Positions 10,331 to 20,371 of a stretch of DNA of 64,000 nucleotides are shown here, piece after piece. The notes under the pieces are model-generated. The model was not told the DNA's origin, did not search any database, and was given only the letters and a program-made list of their open reading frames with translations. This DNA is from a phage. The DNA lies in NCBI GenBank assembly GCA_022143435.1, contig GCA_022143435.1_3941.1, one strand, 5' to 3'. The position numbers and the translations under genes are program-made. Positions within the stretch are counted from its first letter, which is position 1, and each line of letters starts with the position of its first letter.

Positions 10331-10543
10331 ATGACTTATGAAGAAGCTGTTGAAGCAATGAAGCAGGGTAAGAAAGTTCGTAACGAGAACTTCACACCTG
10401 ATGAGTTCTTTGAAATGAAAGACGGAAAGATTGTCTGTGAAATGGGTTACCCAATGGCTAAATGGTATCGTGGACTTGATTGGCAGAAAACTGGATGGAG
10501 TGTTGTAAAGGACTCTCCAAAAGCTTCTGATTTATTCTTTTAA
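10331..10543 (+). CDS. DUF2829-like small protein (same family as Thoeris anti-defence Tad2)
   Basis: N-terminus MTYEEAVEAMKQGKKVRNENF matches the DUF2829 signature as I recall it; conserved Trp near C-terminus; GGAG RBS. Confidence 0.5.
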   Translation: MTYEEAVEAMKQGKKVRNENFTPDEFFEMKDGKIVCEMGYPMAKWYRGLDWQKTGWSVVKDSPKASDLFF

Positions 10544-10552
10544 GGAAATACT

Positions 10553-10759
10553 ATGCAAGTTTTAGTAAACTATATCTACCGTTATGATGTTATCCACTCA
10601 ACCAATACAGTTGCTCAACGCAACCCTATTGTACCACGAGAAGGTGAGTGGGTTCGTATTGATGGTTGGATTTATACTGTAGAGAATGTTATCCACAAAT
10701 TTGATGTGGGTGATGATACTCAAGTGATTGATGTAGAGATTGGTGGGAAGAGAAAATGA
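10553..10759 (+). CDS. hypothetical protein
   Basis: 68-aa ORF in operon. Confidence 0.45.
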   Translation: MQVLVNYIYRYDVIHSTNTVAQRNPIVPREGEWVRIDGWIYTVENVIHKFDVGDDTQVIDVEIGGKRK

Positions 10760-11859
10760 CAATTCTGTACAAACAAAATAAAGATGGCTCTTTTAACGTC
10801 TGGTCATGCGTTGCTGTAGGTGACAAAGTGGTTACCACGTATGGCAAAGAAAATGGCAAGATGATGTTTGAAGAGTACACAGCAGAACCAAAAAACATCG
10901 GCAAAAAGAATGAGCGTAACGCTGAACAGCAAGCTCTCTTTGAAGTTGCTGCTAAATACAAGAAGCAGGTTGACCGTAAAGGCTATGCTTATTCAAAATC
11001 TGCTGCACAGGAAGTTGAGAAGGTTGGTGTACAGCTTGCACATGATGCTTCCAAGGTTAGTCATGCAAAGTATCTGAAATTCCCTGCTGATGCTCAACCA
11101 AAACTTGACGGTGTTCGTTGCAGGATTTCTCGTCATCAAAGTCTTGGTGGAATGTTTACAGCTTATTCTCGTGAGAATACGGTTTACAACATCCCCGAAG
11201 AATTGATTCCAGATATAACTATGATGCTCAAACTTCATAAAGATGTGGATGAGTTTGACGGTGAGATTTATGCTCATGGTTGGGACTTGGAAGATATTGT
11301 ATCCATGATTAAGAATGCTGACAATCCAGACCGTCACCTACTTAAATTCTACTGGTATGATATCTGCGATAATTCTAAATCTTGGCCTGAGCGTCGTGAA
11401 ATCATTGATAACTCACCAATCGTTGAACTCGGTGATGCTTGCAGGGTTGTACCTGTTCAAACTATCCGTGTTAACTCTTGGGAAGAGTTCGACAAAGCCC
11501 ATGATAATTGGGTTAAGCTGAAGTTTGAAGGGGCTATGTACCGTTCAATCTCTGAAGAATCTTTCTACGAGTGTAGTCACCGTTCATACTTCTTAATCAA
11601 GCATAAGAAGATGCACACTGAAGAGTTTAAAGTAACTGGTGTGAAAACTGATAAACGTGGTCATGGTAAGTTTGTTGTAGAGACTCTTCCTAACGTCTTT
11701 GTAGATGTTTCATGGAAAACTACCCATGAGAAGAAGAAGTATCTTGCTGAACATCCTGAAGAGTTTATCGGGAAACCTTTGACGGTTCAGTTCCAGAAGA
11801 TGACTCGTAGGGGGTCTTTACAGTTCCCTGTTGGGTTAGTTATCAGAGATTATGAATAA
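10756..11859 (+). CDS. DNA ligase, ATP-dependent type
   Basis: Nucleotidyltransferase motif I KLDGVRC; further ligase-like motifs EGAMYRS, LIKHKK. Confidence 0.6.
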   Translation: MTILYKQNKDGSFNVWSCVAVGDKVVTTYGKENGKMMFEEYTAEPKNIGKKNERNAEQQALFEVAAKYKKQVDRKGYAYSKSAAQEVEKVGVQLAHDASKVSHAKYLKFPADAQPKLDGVRCRISRHQSLGGMFTAYSRENTVYNIPEELIPDITMMLKLHKDVDEFDGEIYAHGWDLEDIVSMIKNADNPDRHLLKFYWYDICDNSKSWPERREIIDNSPIVELGDACRVVPVQTIRVNSWEEFDKAHDNWVKLKFEGAMYRSISEESFYECSHRSYFLIKHKKMHTEEFKVTGVKTDKRGHGKFVVETLPNVFVDVSWKTTHEKKKYLAEHPEEFIGKPLTVQFQKMTRRGSLQFPVGLVIRDYE

Positions 11860-11865
11860 AAGTTG

Positions 11866-11893
11866 TTGACATAGAAAATTTGGTGAGTATACT
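11866..11893 (+). promoter_or_regulatory. sigma70-like promoter (TTGACA-N16-TATACT)
   Basis: Near-consensus -35/-10 read directly; points into G-rich repeat block 1. Confidence 0.5.
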
Positions 11894-11926
11894 GAGCAGC
11901 ATAAACCAACGGGTACTCACCAGCAT

Positions 11927-12215
11927 CACTTAAGAGCCTTTCTAAGAGGGTTTTTAAGTGAGGTTCGGTATGGTACAGTAGGCTCTGGCTTGGTATGGTT
12001 TGGTGATGTTCGGTGTGGTACGGCGGTGTAAGGTATGGTATGGGTAGTTAGTCTCAGCTACATTAAAATGAGACTTACCTTTTTAAAAGGTCTTTAAAAG
12101 GGTCTTTTAATAAGGTATGGTGAGGTAGGGTTAGGCGAGGTCAGGTTTGGTAAGGTATGGGTGGATGGTAGCAGCCACGTTAAAAATCTACCAAGTTTCT
12201 AAAGAGTCTTCTGTT
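11927..12215. repeat. G-rich repeat/hairpin block 1 (GGTNNGG tracts plus three conserved hairpin modules)
   Basis: Shares about 80-bp near-identical element (12032-12116 vs 13511-13590) and hairpin modules with block 2. Confidence 0.8.
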
Positions 12216-12250
12216 GAGGGTTCTTTACAAACAACTTAACAATCAACTAA

Positions 12251-12856
<606 letters not shown>

Positions 12857-12858
12857 TT

Positions 12859-13299
12859 ATGAATACAAAAGCATTAGCAGCAAAGTTTAGTTACGGTGAC
12901 ACTGTATCACATTCTGAGATGGACACCTTCTTAGGTATTGTGAAGCCAACTTATCAAGGTGACATTGTTAAGTACGAAGATGAAATGAAGGCTTATGCAC
13001 TTACACGTCTAAACCGACTTGAGAAGTTTATTGAAAAGCTTCTTAAAGAAGAGAAGATTTATCTGGTTGCTTCAATGGGTGTTGGTTATCGTGTGGTTGA
13101 ACCTAAGCATCAAGCAACTATTGCAAAACGTAAAATGTCTGGTAAGATTGGTCGTGCTTTAAAGCAAGCCACTCAAGCGATTGAGAATGTGAATACTATG
13201 GCACTTAGTCATCAAGAACGTTCACGACTGATTGAACAGCAAAACCATTTAGCTGCTATGAAAGCTAACATTAACAAGCAACGTAGAAAACCTTTCTAA
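12859..13299 (+). CDS. hypothetical protein
   Basis: 146-aa ORF adjacent to previous gene. Confidence 0.5.
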   Translation: MNTKALAAKFSYGDTVSHSEMDTFLGIVKPTYQGDIVKYEDEMKAYALTRLNRLEKFIEKLLKEEKIYLVASMGVGYRVVEPKHQATIAKRKMSGKIGRALKQATQAIENVNTMALSHQERSRLIEQQNHLAAMKANINKQRRKPF

Positions 13300-13309
13300 G
13301 TTGACTAGG

Positions 13310-13333
13310 AAGCCTCTTCGGAGGCTCCTTTTT
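13310..13333 (+). terminator. rho-independent terminator
   Basis: GAAGCCTC-TTCG-GAGGCTCC hairpin followed by TTTTT. Confidence 0.7.
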
Positions 13334-13690
13334 AAAAGGTCTTTTAAGAAGGTCTTTTAATGAGGTAAGGTGCGGTCTGGTAAGGCATGGTATGGTTGGG
13401 TGAGGTGAGGTATGGGTAGTTAATCGGAGCTACATTAAAATTCGATTACATCACTTAAAAGTCTTCTAAGAGGATTTTTAAGTGATGTTCGGTAGGGTCT
13501 GGTAGGGTGAGGTATGGGTAGTTAGTCTCAGCTACATTAAAATGAGACTTACCTTTTTAAAATGTCTTTAAAAGGGTCTTTTAACAAGGTATTGTATGGT
13601 GTAGTTTGGTTAGGTATGGTTAGGTGTGGTAAGGTAGGGTATGGAAGGATGGCAGTAGCCTTATAAAAAATCTGCCAAATAAGCTATAAA
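13330..13690. repeat. G-rich repeat/hairpin block 2
   Basis: Second copy of the modules in block 1, with compensatory base changes in hairpin stems. Confidence 0.8.
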
Positions 13691-13768
13691 ATCTGTTGAC
13701 AAGTCAGGTGTTATAGCTTATTTTTATACTCAATGTAATACAAAATTTAATATAACTTTGAGGTCATT

Positions 13769-14152
13769 ATGAAAAAGATTTTATTAGCTGCTGCAATGGT
13801 TATGGCAATGAATTTACCAGTCAATGCAACAGAACTTCCAAATGTGGACTTATCAGGTGTTCCAGAAGACACTTGCCAGATTGTAAAAGGTGTTGCTCTA
13901 GCTAATGGTGAGCTACTTAAACCAATCTCTGAAGAGTCTTTGACAGAGATGACTGATAAAGTAACTGACTATCAGTATCGTGTTCTTGCAGAGTATTTCC
14001 TGCAATCTGCAAACATTAAAGAGAAGCACCATGAAGATATTGATGTACAGGCTATGCTAAATCATCGTATCCAGTTTAAAGAAGATTTGATGCAAAAAGC
14101 TATGTATGGTGTTGAGTATTTCTTAGAAAACAGAAGCTGCACAGGTATTTGA
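13769..14152 (+). CDS. secreted/periplasmic protein, hypothetical
   Basis: Signal peptide MKKILLAAAMVMAMNLPVNA with AxA-like cleavage site. Confidence 0.55.
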   Translation: MKKILLAAAMVMAMNLPVNATELPNVDLSGVPEDTCQIVKGVALANGELLKPISEESLTEMTDKVTDYQYRVLAEYFLQSANIKEKHHEDIDVQAMLNHRIQFKEDLMQKAMYGVEYFLENRSCTGI

Positions 14153-14153
14153 T

Positions 14154-14366
14154 ATGGCTCTTAAAAAGTTACATCCCAGAAGTGGTTATGGTAAGATAGT
14201 CGATGATACAGACGGCTTTACAGTATTTACAGTCATCTGTCAAGATGATTCACAGATTGAAAAGGCTCTTGATGATTATCTTAACGATGAACGTGAAAAG
14301 GTTAGGGCTACAAACATAGATTCATTAATTGACACTTCACGTAAACGGAAGAAGAAAGATGAATGA
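14154..14366 (+). CDS. hypothetical protein
   Basis: 70-aa ORF. Confidence 0.4.
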   Translation: MALKKLHPRSGYGKIVDDTDGFTVFTVICQDDSQIEKALDDYLNDEREKVRATNIDSLIDTSRKRKKKDE

Positions 14367-14658
14367 AGTTTTTGACCCTTATGCTCCACAAGATGATTGG
14401 GAGGCTGACAGAGAGGCTGAAATGGAGAGTTATGTTTGTCCAATGGATGTAGACGAAATGAGAGATTTCGTTGCACACCGTTTTAAGAAAGAGATTAAAT
14501 CCAGAGGTCTTTCTCAAGAGCAAGTTGCTAAAATTTGTGGTATCTCTCAGGCTCGCGTATCCAACATAATCCACCTCACTGGTAATGTCTCCCTTGAGTA
14601 TATGTTGGAAGTATGTGAAAAATTTGGTGTTAATTTCAATTTAAGGCTGGCAGATTAA
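14359..14658 (+). CDS. helix-turn-helix DNA-binding protein
   Basis: HTH LSQEQVAKICGISQARVSNI; start ATG 14359 overlapping upstream stop. Confidence 0.5.
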   Translation: MNEVFDPYAPQDDWEADREAEMESYVCPMDVDEMRDFVAHRFKKEIKSRGLSQEQVAKICGISQARVSNIIHLTGNVSLEYMLEVCEKFGVNFNLRLAD

Positions 14659-14659
14659 T

Positions 14660-15019
14660 ATGAAACGTGAAAACATTATCCACTCTGAAAACTTCGCATT
14701 AGGCTTTTATGGTGTACCTACTCACCTTGAAAAGTATTATGGTGTGAAGATTCTCTCCAATCTCATTATGGCTTACAAAGATGGTAAGATTAAGCATACT
14801 GAGAAGAAACGTGTCATGGGCTATATGGCTGTAGGTTCAGCAATCTCGAACATTAAGCTGGAAACAACTAGCAGTCAGATTGTGAAAGACCACTTCATCA
14901 AAGAGCTTTACCAGAATCTTGATGGTGTAGATGTTCAGGCTGTTTGGCTGGATGTTGACGGTCATAACTACACGAGTTTTGTTTTCAAAAACGACGACAT
15001 TAAGTGTCTGTTCCCATAA
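14660..15019 (+). CDS. hypothetical protein
   Basis: 119-aa ORF. Confidence 0.45.
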   Translation: MKRENIIHSENFALGFYGVPTHLEKYYGVKILSNLIMAYKDGKIKHTEKKRVMGYMAVGSAISNIKLETTSSQIVKDHFIKELYQNLDGVDVQAVWLDVDGHNYTSFVFKNDDIKCLFP

Positions 15020-15032
15020 TAGGTGATTAACT

Positions 15033-15548
15033 ATGATTGATATCTACTTACAAGATGCTCATGCAGATTTCCTTAAAACGATGCTTAAAAAGTTTATGGC
15101 TTCACAGGGTGATAATGAAGCATCTTTTAAAATAGTCACATGTGGCGACGAAGCTGGTTTTGTTGAGATTGAACATGAAGATACTGGAAAGACTGTTTGT
15201 AAGTTACCTGATAGCATGTTCTCTAACACGTTCTTAACAAAGACTAGTATAAATGTTAAGCTTGTGCCTCAGATTGAAACATACTCTGGTACAGATTACC
15301 CTAAAGGTTTTAAGTCACTGATGAAGTACTTCTTAGATGACTTTGTGGGTAATCTTCTGAGGGAGGTAAAAGAAAGTCGTACAGTGTTGACTGTAGAGAA
15401 CATGGGAGGAACTATCAAGGTCACTTCTGACTGTTTTGTTATGAGCCTCTTCGACTTCGTTCCTAAGAACTTTGATGGTATTCTGGATGAAGAAGATGAC
15501 TGTGTAGACTTTATATTGGTTCTTGAGCCAGTTTTTGAGGTTAAATAG
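15033..15548 (+). CDS. hypothetical protein
   Basis: 171-aa ORF, acidic C-terminus. Confidence 0.45.
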   Translation: MIDIYLQDAHADFLKTMLKKFMASQGDNEASFKIVTCGDEAGFVEIEHEDTGKTVCKLPDSMFSNTFLTKTSINVKLVPQIETYSGTDYPKGFKSLMKYFLDDFVGNLLREVKESRTVLTVENMGGTIKVTSDCFVMSLFDFVPKNFDGILDEEDDCVDFILVLEPVFEVK

Positions 15549-15809
15549 ATGAAAATTGAACACTGCTATGAGTCTGACGGAACACCTATACGTTGTCCAC
15601 ATTGTGGGTGTACAGACTTGCAAGGTGAAGTTCATGTGATTGTTAATGGTCATATAGCTGAAGAAAGTACTACATGTGTTGGTTGTGGTGAGCAACTATC
15701 ATTCTGGGCTTATGGTTCATACCAACCCTCTCCACATTTTATCTACCATCGTAGTAAAGTTGTGAAGAGTGTCATCAACTGGTTCATTAAGAAAGGGTTT
15801 ACAAAATGA
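15549..15809 (+). CDS. zinc-ribbon protein
   Basis: CPHCG...CVGCG cysteine pairs. Confidence 0.45.
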   Translation: MKIEHCYESDGTPIRCPHCGCTDLQGEVHVIVNGHIAEESTTCVGCGEQLSFWAYGSYQPSPHFIYHRSKVVKSVINWFIKKGFTK

Positions 15810-16351
15810 TTAAGCTAATATTTGCAAGTGGTGAAAACGGTGAATTTGGTACTCCAACTGGTATGCCGTGGCCTCGACATAAACAGGACATGCAAGAGTT
15901 TAAGAGACTCACTAAAAACAACTTAGTAGTGATGGGGAATGAGACTTTCAAGACTCTGGGTAGTAAACCTTTACCAGAACGTGCAAACCTCATCTTAACA
16001 AACTCTGTACCATACTTAGGCATAGACTTTGGCAAAGATGAGGTAATGTATGCTAAGGCCAGCAAAGAATCCTTTGGAGCATTTTTGAAGTATCTCGATA
16101 GCTCTATTGATGAAGATATCTTTGTAATTGGTGGTGCAGGTGTCCTTGTCAATGCTTTACCATATGCTGGTGTAGTTTTCCATACAGTTTTCCATAAAGT
16201 TACTGAAGAGGCCACTGTGTATTTACCTTTTGAAAACTTCTTTGAGAAGCTGTATGATAACCGTGTATTTACAAAGGTACAGTCAAAACCCTCAGATGAT
16301 GGTAAAGCAACCTTTGAGATTTATGTTCCACAAGTAAAAGGACACTTTTGA
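15806..16351 (+). CDS. folA: dihydrofolate reductase
   Basis: N-terminus MIKLIFASGENGEFGTPTGMPW and LVVMGNETFKTLG match the DHFR fold signature; next to thymidylate synthase. Confidence 0.85.
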   Translation: MIKLIFASGENGEFGTPTGMPWPRHKQDMQEFKRLTKNNLVVMGNETFKTLGSKPLPERANLILTNSVPYLGIDFGKDEVMYAKASKESFGAFLKYLDSSIDEDIFVIGGAGVLVNALPYAGVVFHTVFHKVTEEATVYLPFENFFEKLYDNRVFTKVQSKPSDDGKATFEIYVPQVKGHF

Positions 16352-16352
16352 T

Positions 16353-17252
16353 ATGTCACAAGCTGATTTGAGTTACAAAAATATCCTGAACCATGTTTTA
16401 TCCGTTGGTGAACTGCGTACTACACGAACTGGGGATGTTATCTCTGCATTTGCTCCACCACAGTTTCGTTTTGATATGAGAACTGGTTTCCCACTCTTAA
16501 CATCTAAACAGGTGTTTACACGGCAAGTTATTGGGGAAGCTTTATGGTTCCTGAATGGTGAGAATAAACTTGGTGAACTCCGTTATCGCACTTGGGGTGA
16601 AAATGATGGAGAACGTTGGACTATCTGGTCAGATGATTTTAAACGTTGGTTAAGCTCTAACTATTCTTCTGAGCAAGACTGGTTAGAAGATGCAGGTGGG
16701 AGAATCTACGGGGTTCAGTGGAGAAACTTTGAAGGTCATAATGGTTGTGTTGTAGACCAGTTAGAAACCTTAGTAACGAAGATGAAAGGTGATATCACAG
16801 ACCGCTACATGCTTGTTAATGCTTGGAATGCAGCAGATATTGCAGCAAACTCGATGGCTTTAGCACCTTGTCATGTTCTGTTTCAGATTTATATCACCAA
16901 CGAAGGTGAAGTAGATTTGCAATGGTATCAGCGTTCTGTAGACACATTTTTAGGACTTCCGTTTAACATTGCATCTTATGGTTTTATTCTGGAAGTTCTT
17001 TGTAAGATGACTGGATACACCCCACGGTACTTGATAGGTGTCTTTGGGGATACTCAGATTTATCAGAACCATATGAAGCAGGTTTATGAACTGATAAACA
17101 ATGAAGAGTTCCATGCACCTACTTTTGAGATTGGTGTGCAGCTTAACACTTTAAGTGACTTAAAACATCTTACTGCAAGTGATTTTATTGGTGGCATTAA
17201 CAACTACCAACATGCAGGGAAGATTGAAGCACCTCTGTCAGTAGGCAAGTAA
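16353..17252 (+). CDS. thyA: thymidylate synthase
   Basis: Active-site region ALAPCHVLFQIY and LQWYQRSVDTFLGLPFNIASYGFILEVL. Confidence 0.9.
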   Translation: MSQADLSYKNILNHVLSVGELRTTRTGDVISAFAPPQFRFDMRTGFPLLTSKQVFTRQVIGEALWFLNGENKLGELRYRTWGENDGERWTIWSDDFKRWLSSNYSSEQDWLEDAGGRIYGVQWRNFEGHNGCVVDQLETLVTKMKGDITDRYMLVNAWNAADIAANSMALAPCHVLFQIYITNEGEVDLQWYQRSVDTFLGLPFNIASYGFILEVLCKMTGYTPRYLIGVFGDTQIYQNHMKQVYELINNEEFHAPTFEIGVQLNTLSDLKHLTASDFIGGINNYQHAGKIEAPLSVGK

Positions 17253-17260
17253 AACAAAAA

Positions 17261-17282
17261 AGGCTCCCGTAAAAAGGAGCCT
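17261..17282. terminator. bidirectional terminator hairpin between convergent genes
   Basis: AGGCTCC-loop-GGAGCCT flanked by A-run on plus (T-run on minus). Confidence 0.6.
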
Positions 17283-17288
17283 TAAACT

Positions 17289-17660
17289 TTATTTTTCAGT
17301 ATTCTTTGTGTTCTTTTCAGTAATAGCTTGGAGGGCTGATACTGATTGAGCCAGATTGTTCACACTGTCAGAGAATTTATCAAGAGTTTTGGTAAGTTTT
17401 GCGTTTTCACCCTTAACATTCTCTAACTGAACTTTCTGGTTCTCCATCCCTAGCTGAATCAGTCTCATGTCAGACTGTAAATCACGAATAGCTGAATAGT
17501 TACTTTTGGAATAATTATCTAGCTGCTGTAACTTTGTTGTGACAGACACTTCTTGTTTACCACTTGAAACTTGCATAGTGGTATACATCCCAATAACACT
17601 AAAAATACCAACTACAATTGCACCAATATTATTTTTAAAAGCTTCCTCTAGCCACTTCAT
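17289..17660 (-). CDS. membrane-anchored coiled-coil protein (possible lysis/holin-like or spanin-like)
   Basis: N-terminal TM segment IGAIVVGIFSVIGMYTT then long heptad-like region; last gene of the tail-fibre operon. Confidence 0.4.
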   Translation of the reverse strand: MKWLEEAFKNNIGAIVVGIFSVIGMYTTMQVSSGKQEVSVTTKLQQLDNYSKSNYSAIRDLQSDMRLIQLGMENQKVQLENVKGENAKLTKTLDKFSDSVNNLAQSVSALQAITEKNTKNTEK

Positions 17661-17855
17661 TTATTTCTCCCCCTTAAAAGCTTTTTCTAAGTTATCTACG
17701 AACTCATCATCAATAGGTGTGTCTGTTTTACTCGCAAGGTATCTTGCAAGCTTAAAGAACACTTTCTCAATCATGTATTCACTTAGAAGGGATAAAATGA
17801 GTTTCCAGAAGAAGCTACCTAGATTTTTTAGAAGAATTGCTAGGATTGTAGGCAT
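17661..17855 (-). CDS. hypothetical small protein
   Basis: 64-aa ORF, hydrophobic N-terminus. Confidence 0.4.
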   Translation of the reverse strand: MPTILAILLKNLGSFFWKLILSLLSEYMIEKVFFKLARYLASKTDTPIDDEFVDNLEKAFKGEK

Positions 17856-17934
17856 TTAATCACCTCATCAGCCAAGATGGTGAGAATACCCATAAAGAAT
17901 ATTAACACCATCTTAACAATCAGTCAACAAGGGA

Positions 17935-20325
17935 TTAAGCAGTTCTTACCCAAGCCATTAACTTGTAGAACTGGTTAGTAACACTAAATGCTGAACCAGA
18001 ACCTGTACCACCAGTGTTACCACTAACTGTATGGGTGTGAGCACCAATACCTACAGAGTGGGTGTGAGCACCAGTGTTACTTGTAGTACCAGACCATGTG
18101 TGTGTATGGTTACCAGTTGTGTTAGTGTTAGGGAACTTGTTATCAGTTCTGTCAAGCCAGTCAAGAGTTCTCGTCTTGTTATTGCTAACAGTTGTATAAC
18201 CGTACTGAGCATCACCACCATTAACCAATAGTAGACCTAAGTGGTGAGCGTGGTTACCAGCAGCACTTGTTGTACCACTTACAGAGTGAGTATGACCACC
18301 AGTGCTATTAGTGCTCTTCGTACCATAATCAAAAGATGAAGTGGTAGCAGAGAAACTATGGGTGTGTGATGGTAAGTTACCAACAGCTAACGTCACAGAA
18401 TCTGAACCGCCAGTTGTAGCAACATCTGAACCGTTTGCTGCTGCAATCCTGATAGTTCTACCAACACCATTGTTAAGGTACGTCCAAGTTAGACCAGGAA
18501 GTGCCGTATTAGGGTCAACATTACTGTTAAACCACGTTACAATGCCTACTGGATAGATTTTGTTAAGGTCTGTAGAGTCACTGATTGCTTCTGCAATCTT
18601 CTGGTCAGTTTCTGCTTTAGTATATGCACCGATATCTGAGGGTGCTGGTTTATCTTGGTCTGTATAGATTTTAGCCCATGTATTCTCAAAACCATACCCA
18701 TCTCGTGCTGTCCTGTACCAAATACCACCATTCCTGTAGCTAAACTTCAACTGTGCAGTTGGTGTTGAGCCACCACCGATATACATCTGATAAACCAGAT
18801 GTGTTGAACCACCAGATTCCCTTGTAACATTATACAAACCAGTTCTAGCATTCCAAGCAATACCATCCCCACCACCAGCCTCTGTACCATTGCCAGTAGA
18901 GATAGCATACATGTACCTATAGTCTGCGGTAGATTGCGTGTAATATCTAGCATCTAAGTTAGCCCAATCAGAAGGTTGAACTTGACCAGTAATGGCTAAA
19001 TTCTTATTCGCAACAATTGCTGATGGTTCAAGGGCAATTTGAGTACCAGAGTAACTATTGTTTAAGGTTACCACATTAGAGTTTGGGCCACCTACACCTA
19101 ACCACCACCTCGATACGTTCGCGGTATCCACACCACGGATATATAGTGGTTGCCCCTGTGTCAAGTTTCTTAATACTAAACCTTCGTTATTTGCTACGAT
19201 AGTCTGCACATTCACAAATGTGTTAGCAACATTAAGTTTAGGCAGGTTACTCAAAGTTGCGGCTGGGATATATCTAGAGTCAATGTTAGTCCAATCAGAG
19301 GGTTGAACTTGACCAGTGATTTTTACACTCTTATTAAATGTAGCACCAGACGAGTTTAAGACAATTGAGGTGTTGCCCTTGTAATCGTAAAATGTGATAT
19401 TGTCATTTGCATCACCTTTACCGATATACCACAGATTATTGTTTTCAACATCTTTTGCTAGGATGAACAAAGACTCATTAACAGCTTTATTTTTTAGCAT
19501 GATAGCAGCAGCATTAGAGCTGACACTAACATAGTTGCTGAAGGTGTTTAAACCACTAAAAGTGTTATTAGCAGTTAACTGTGCAAACCTCTGATTAGCT
19601 GCTGTCTGAGTAAAATATCTAGCATCTAAGTTAGAGAAGTCAGATGGTTGAACTTGACCAGTGATTCTTAGGGTTTTACTAATAGCAGCAACACTAGACA
19701 GATTAACTTCACAACCTGTCTTGTAGTTGTGGATAATAACATTGTCATTCACTGAACCATTACCTACATACCACCTATTAGCACCAGTGCTATCCTGACC
19801 TCTAATATACAACGGTGAGTTCTCAGAAGAGTTTTTTAGTCTAATAGCTTCACCATTTGCTTGAATAACCTGTTGGAAGGTAAAGATGTTATTTGCAGCT
19901 AATCTTGAGTATCTTGCATCATTCTCTTCATTAGTTCTCATCCCAAGTTCATTAGGACTTGGCTTATTCAGAGTATGATAAACAGTTGCCGACCTTGAAG
20001 CATCTGCAATAGTTAGTTTAAGGCCATTTGCATTGATTTTAAAAGTCTTTAAAACATCCCCAATAGTAATCTCAGAAGAGCCTGTTGGGTTAAAGACTAC
20101 CTTACCACCATAAAGTAACTTAACAATCCCTAAATCACCCGTCATAGTACTACCAGCAATCTGAACAAATCTTTCAAGTTTAAAAGATGCTAAGAAATCT
20201 TGATAGGTCATTCGACGGTCTTCATCGCCAAGCATTTCAGGTCTCTTTTTAACTCTGACATGAAGAAGGTCATCTGAACGGATTGTATCGATTGAGTTTA
20301 ATTCACTCAACTTGTAATCTGCCAT
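17935..20325 (-). CDS. tail fibre protein (distal, HxH-motif tip)
   Basis: 796 aa; three internal repeats beginning ITGQVQPSD; C-terminal His-x-His clusters ([29 protein letters not shown]) like T4 gp37 needle. Confidence 0.75.
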   Translation of the reverse strand: MADYKLSELNSIDTIRSDDLLHVRVKKRPEMLGDEDRRMTYQDFLASFKLERFVQIAGSTMTGDLGIVKLLYGGKVVFNPTGSSEITIGDVLKTFKINANGLKLTIADASRSATVYHTLNKPSPNELGMRTNEENDARYSRLAANNIFTFQQVIQANGEAIRLKNSSENSPLYIRGQDSTGANRWYVGNGSVNDNVIIHNYKTGCEVNLSSVAAISKTLRITGQVQPSDFSNLDARYFTQTAANQRFAQLTANNTFSGLNTFSNYVSVSSNAAAIMLKNKAVNESLFILAKDVENNNLWYIGKGDANDNITFYDYKGNTSIVLNSSGATFNKSVKITGQVQPSDWTNIDSRYIPAATLSNLPKLNVANTFVNVQTIVANNEGLVLRNLTQGQPLYIRGVDTANVSRWWLGVGGPNSNVVTLNNSYSGTQIALEPSAIVANKNLAITGQVQPSDWANLDARYYTQSTADYRYMYAISTGNGTEAGGGDGIAWNARTGLYNVTRESGGSTHLVYQMYIGGGSTPTAQLKFSYRNGGIWYRTARDGYGFENTWAKIYTDQDKPAPSDIGAYTKAETDQKIAEAISDSTDLNKIYPVGIVTWFNSNVDPNTALPGLTWTYLNNGVGRTIRIAAANGSDVATTGGSDSVTLAVGNLPSHTHSFSATTSSFDYGTKSTNSTGGHTHSVSGTTSAAGNHAHHLGLLLVNGGDAQYGYTTVSNNKTRTLDWLDRTDNKFPNTNTTGNHTHTWSGTTSNTGAHTHSVGIGAHTHTVSGNTGGTGSGSAFSVTNQFYKLMAWVRTA

Positions 20326-20371
20326 TATAAATTTTCCTCTTAAAAGGGGCTATCAAGCCCCTGTAAAGAAA

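Noticed and set aside
10756-11859. NAD-dependent ligase assignment
   Set aside because: No LigA-type domains recognised; the KLDGVRC adenylation motif and the size fit a compact ATP-dependent ligase better. The cofactor remains untested.
14359-14658. HTH protein as a CI-like lysogeny repressor
   Set aside because: No integrase, excisionase or attachment site was found anywhere in the window; more likely an early transcription regulator.
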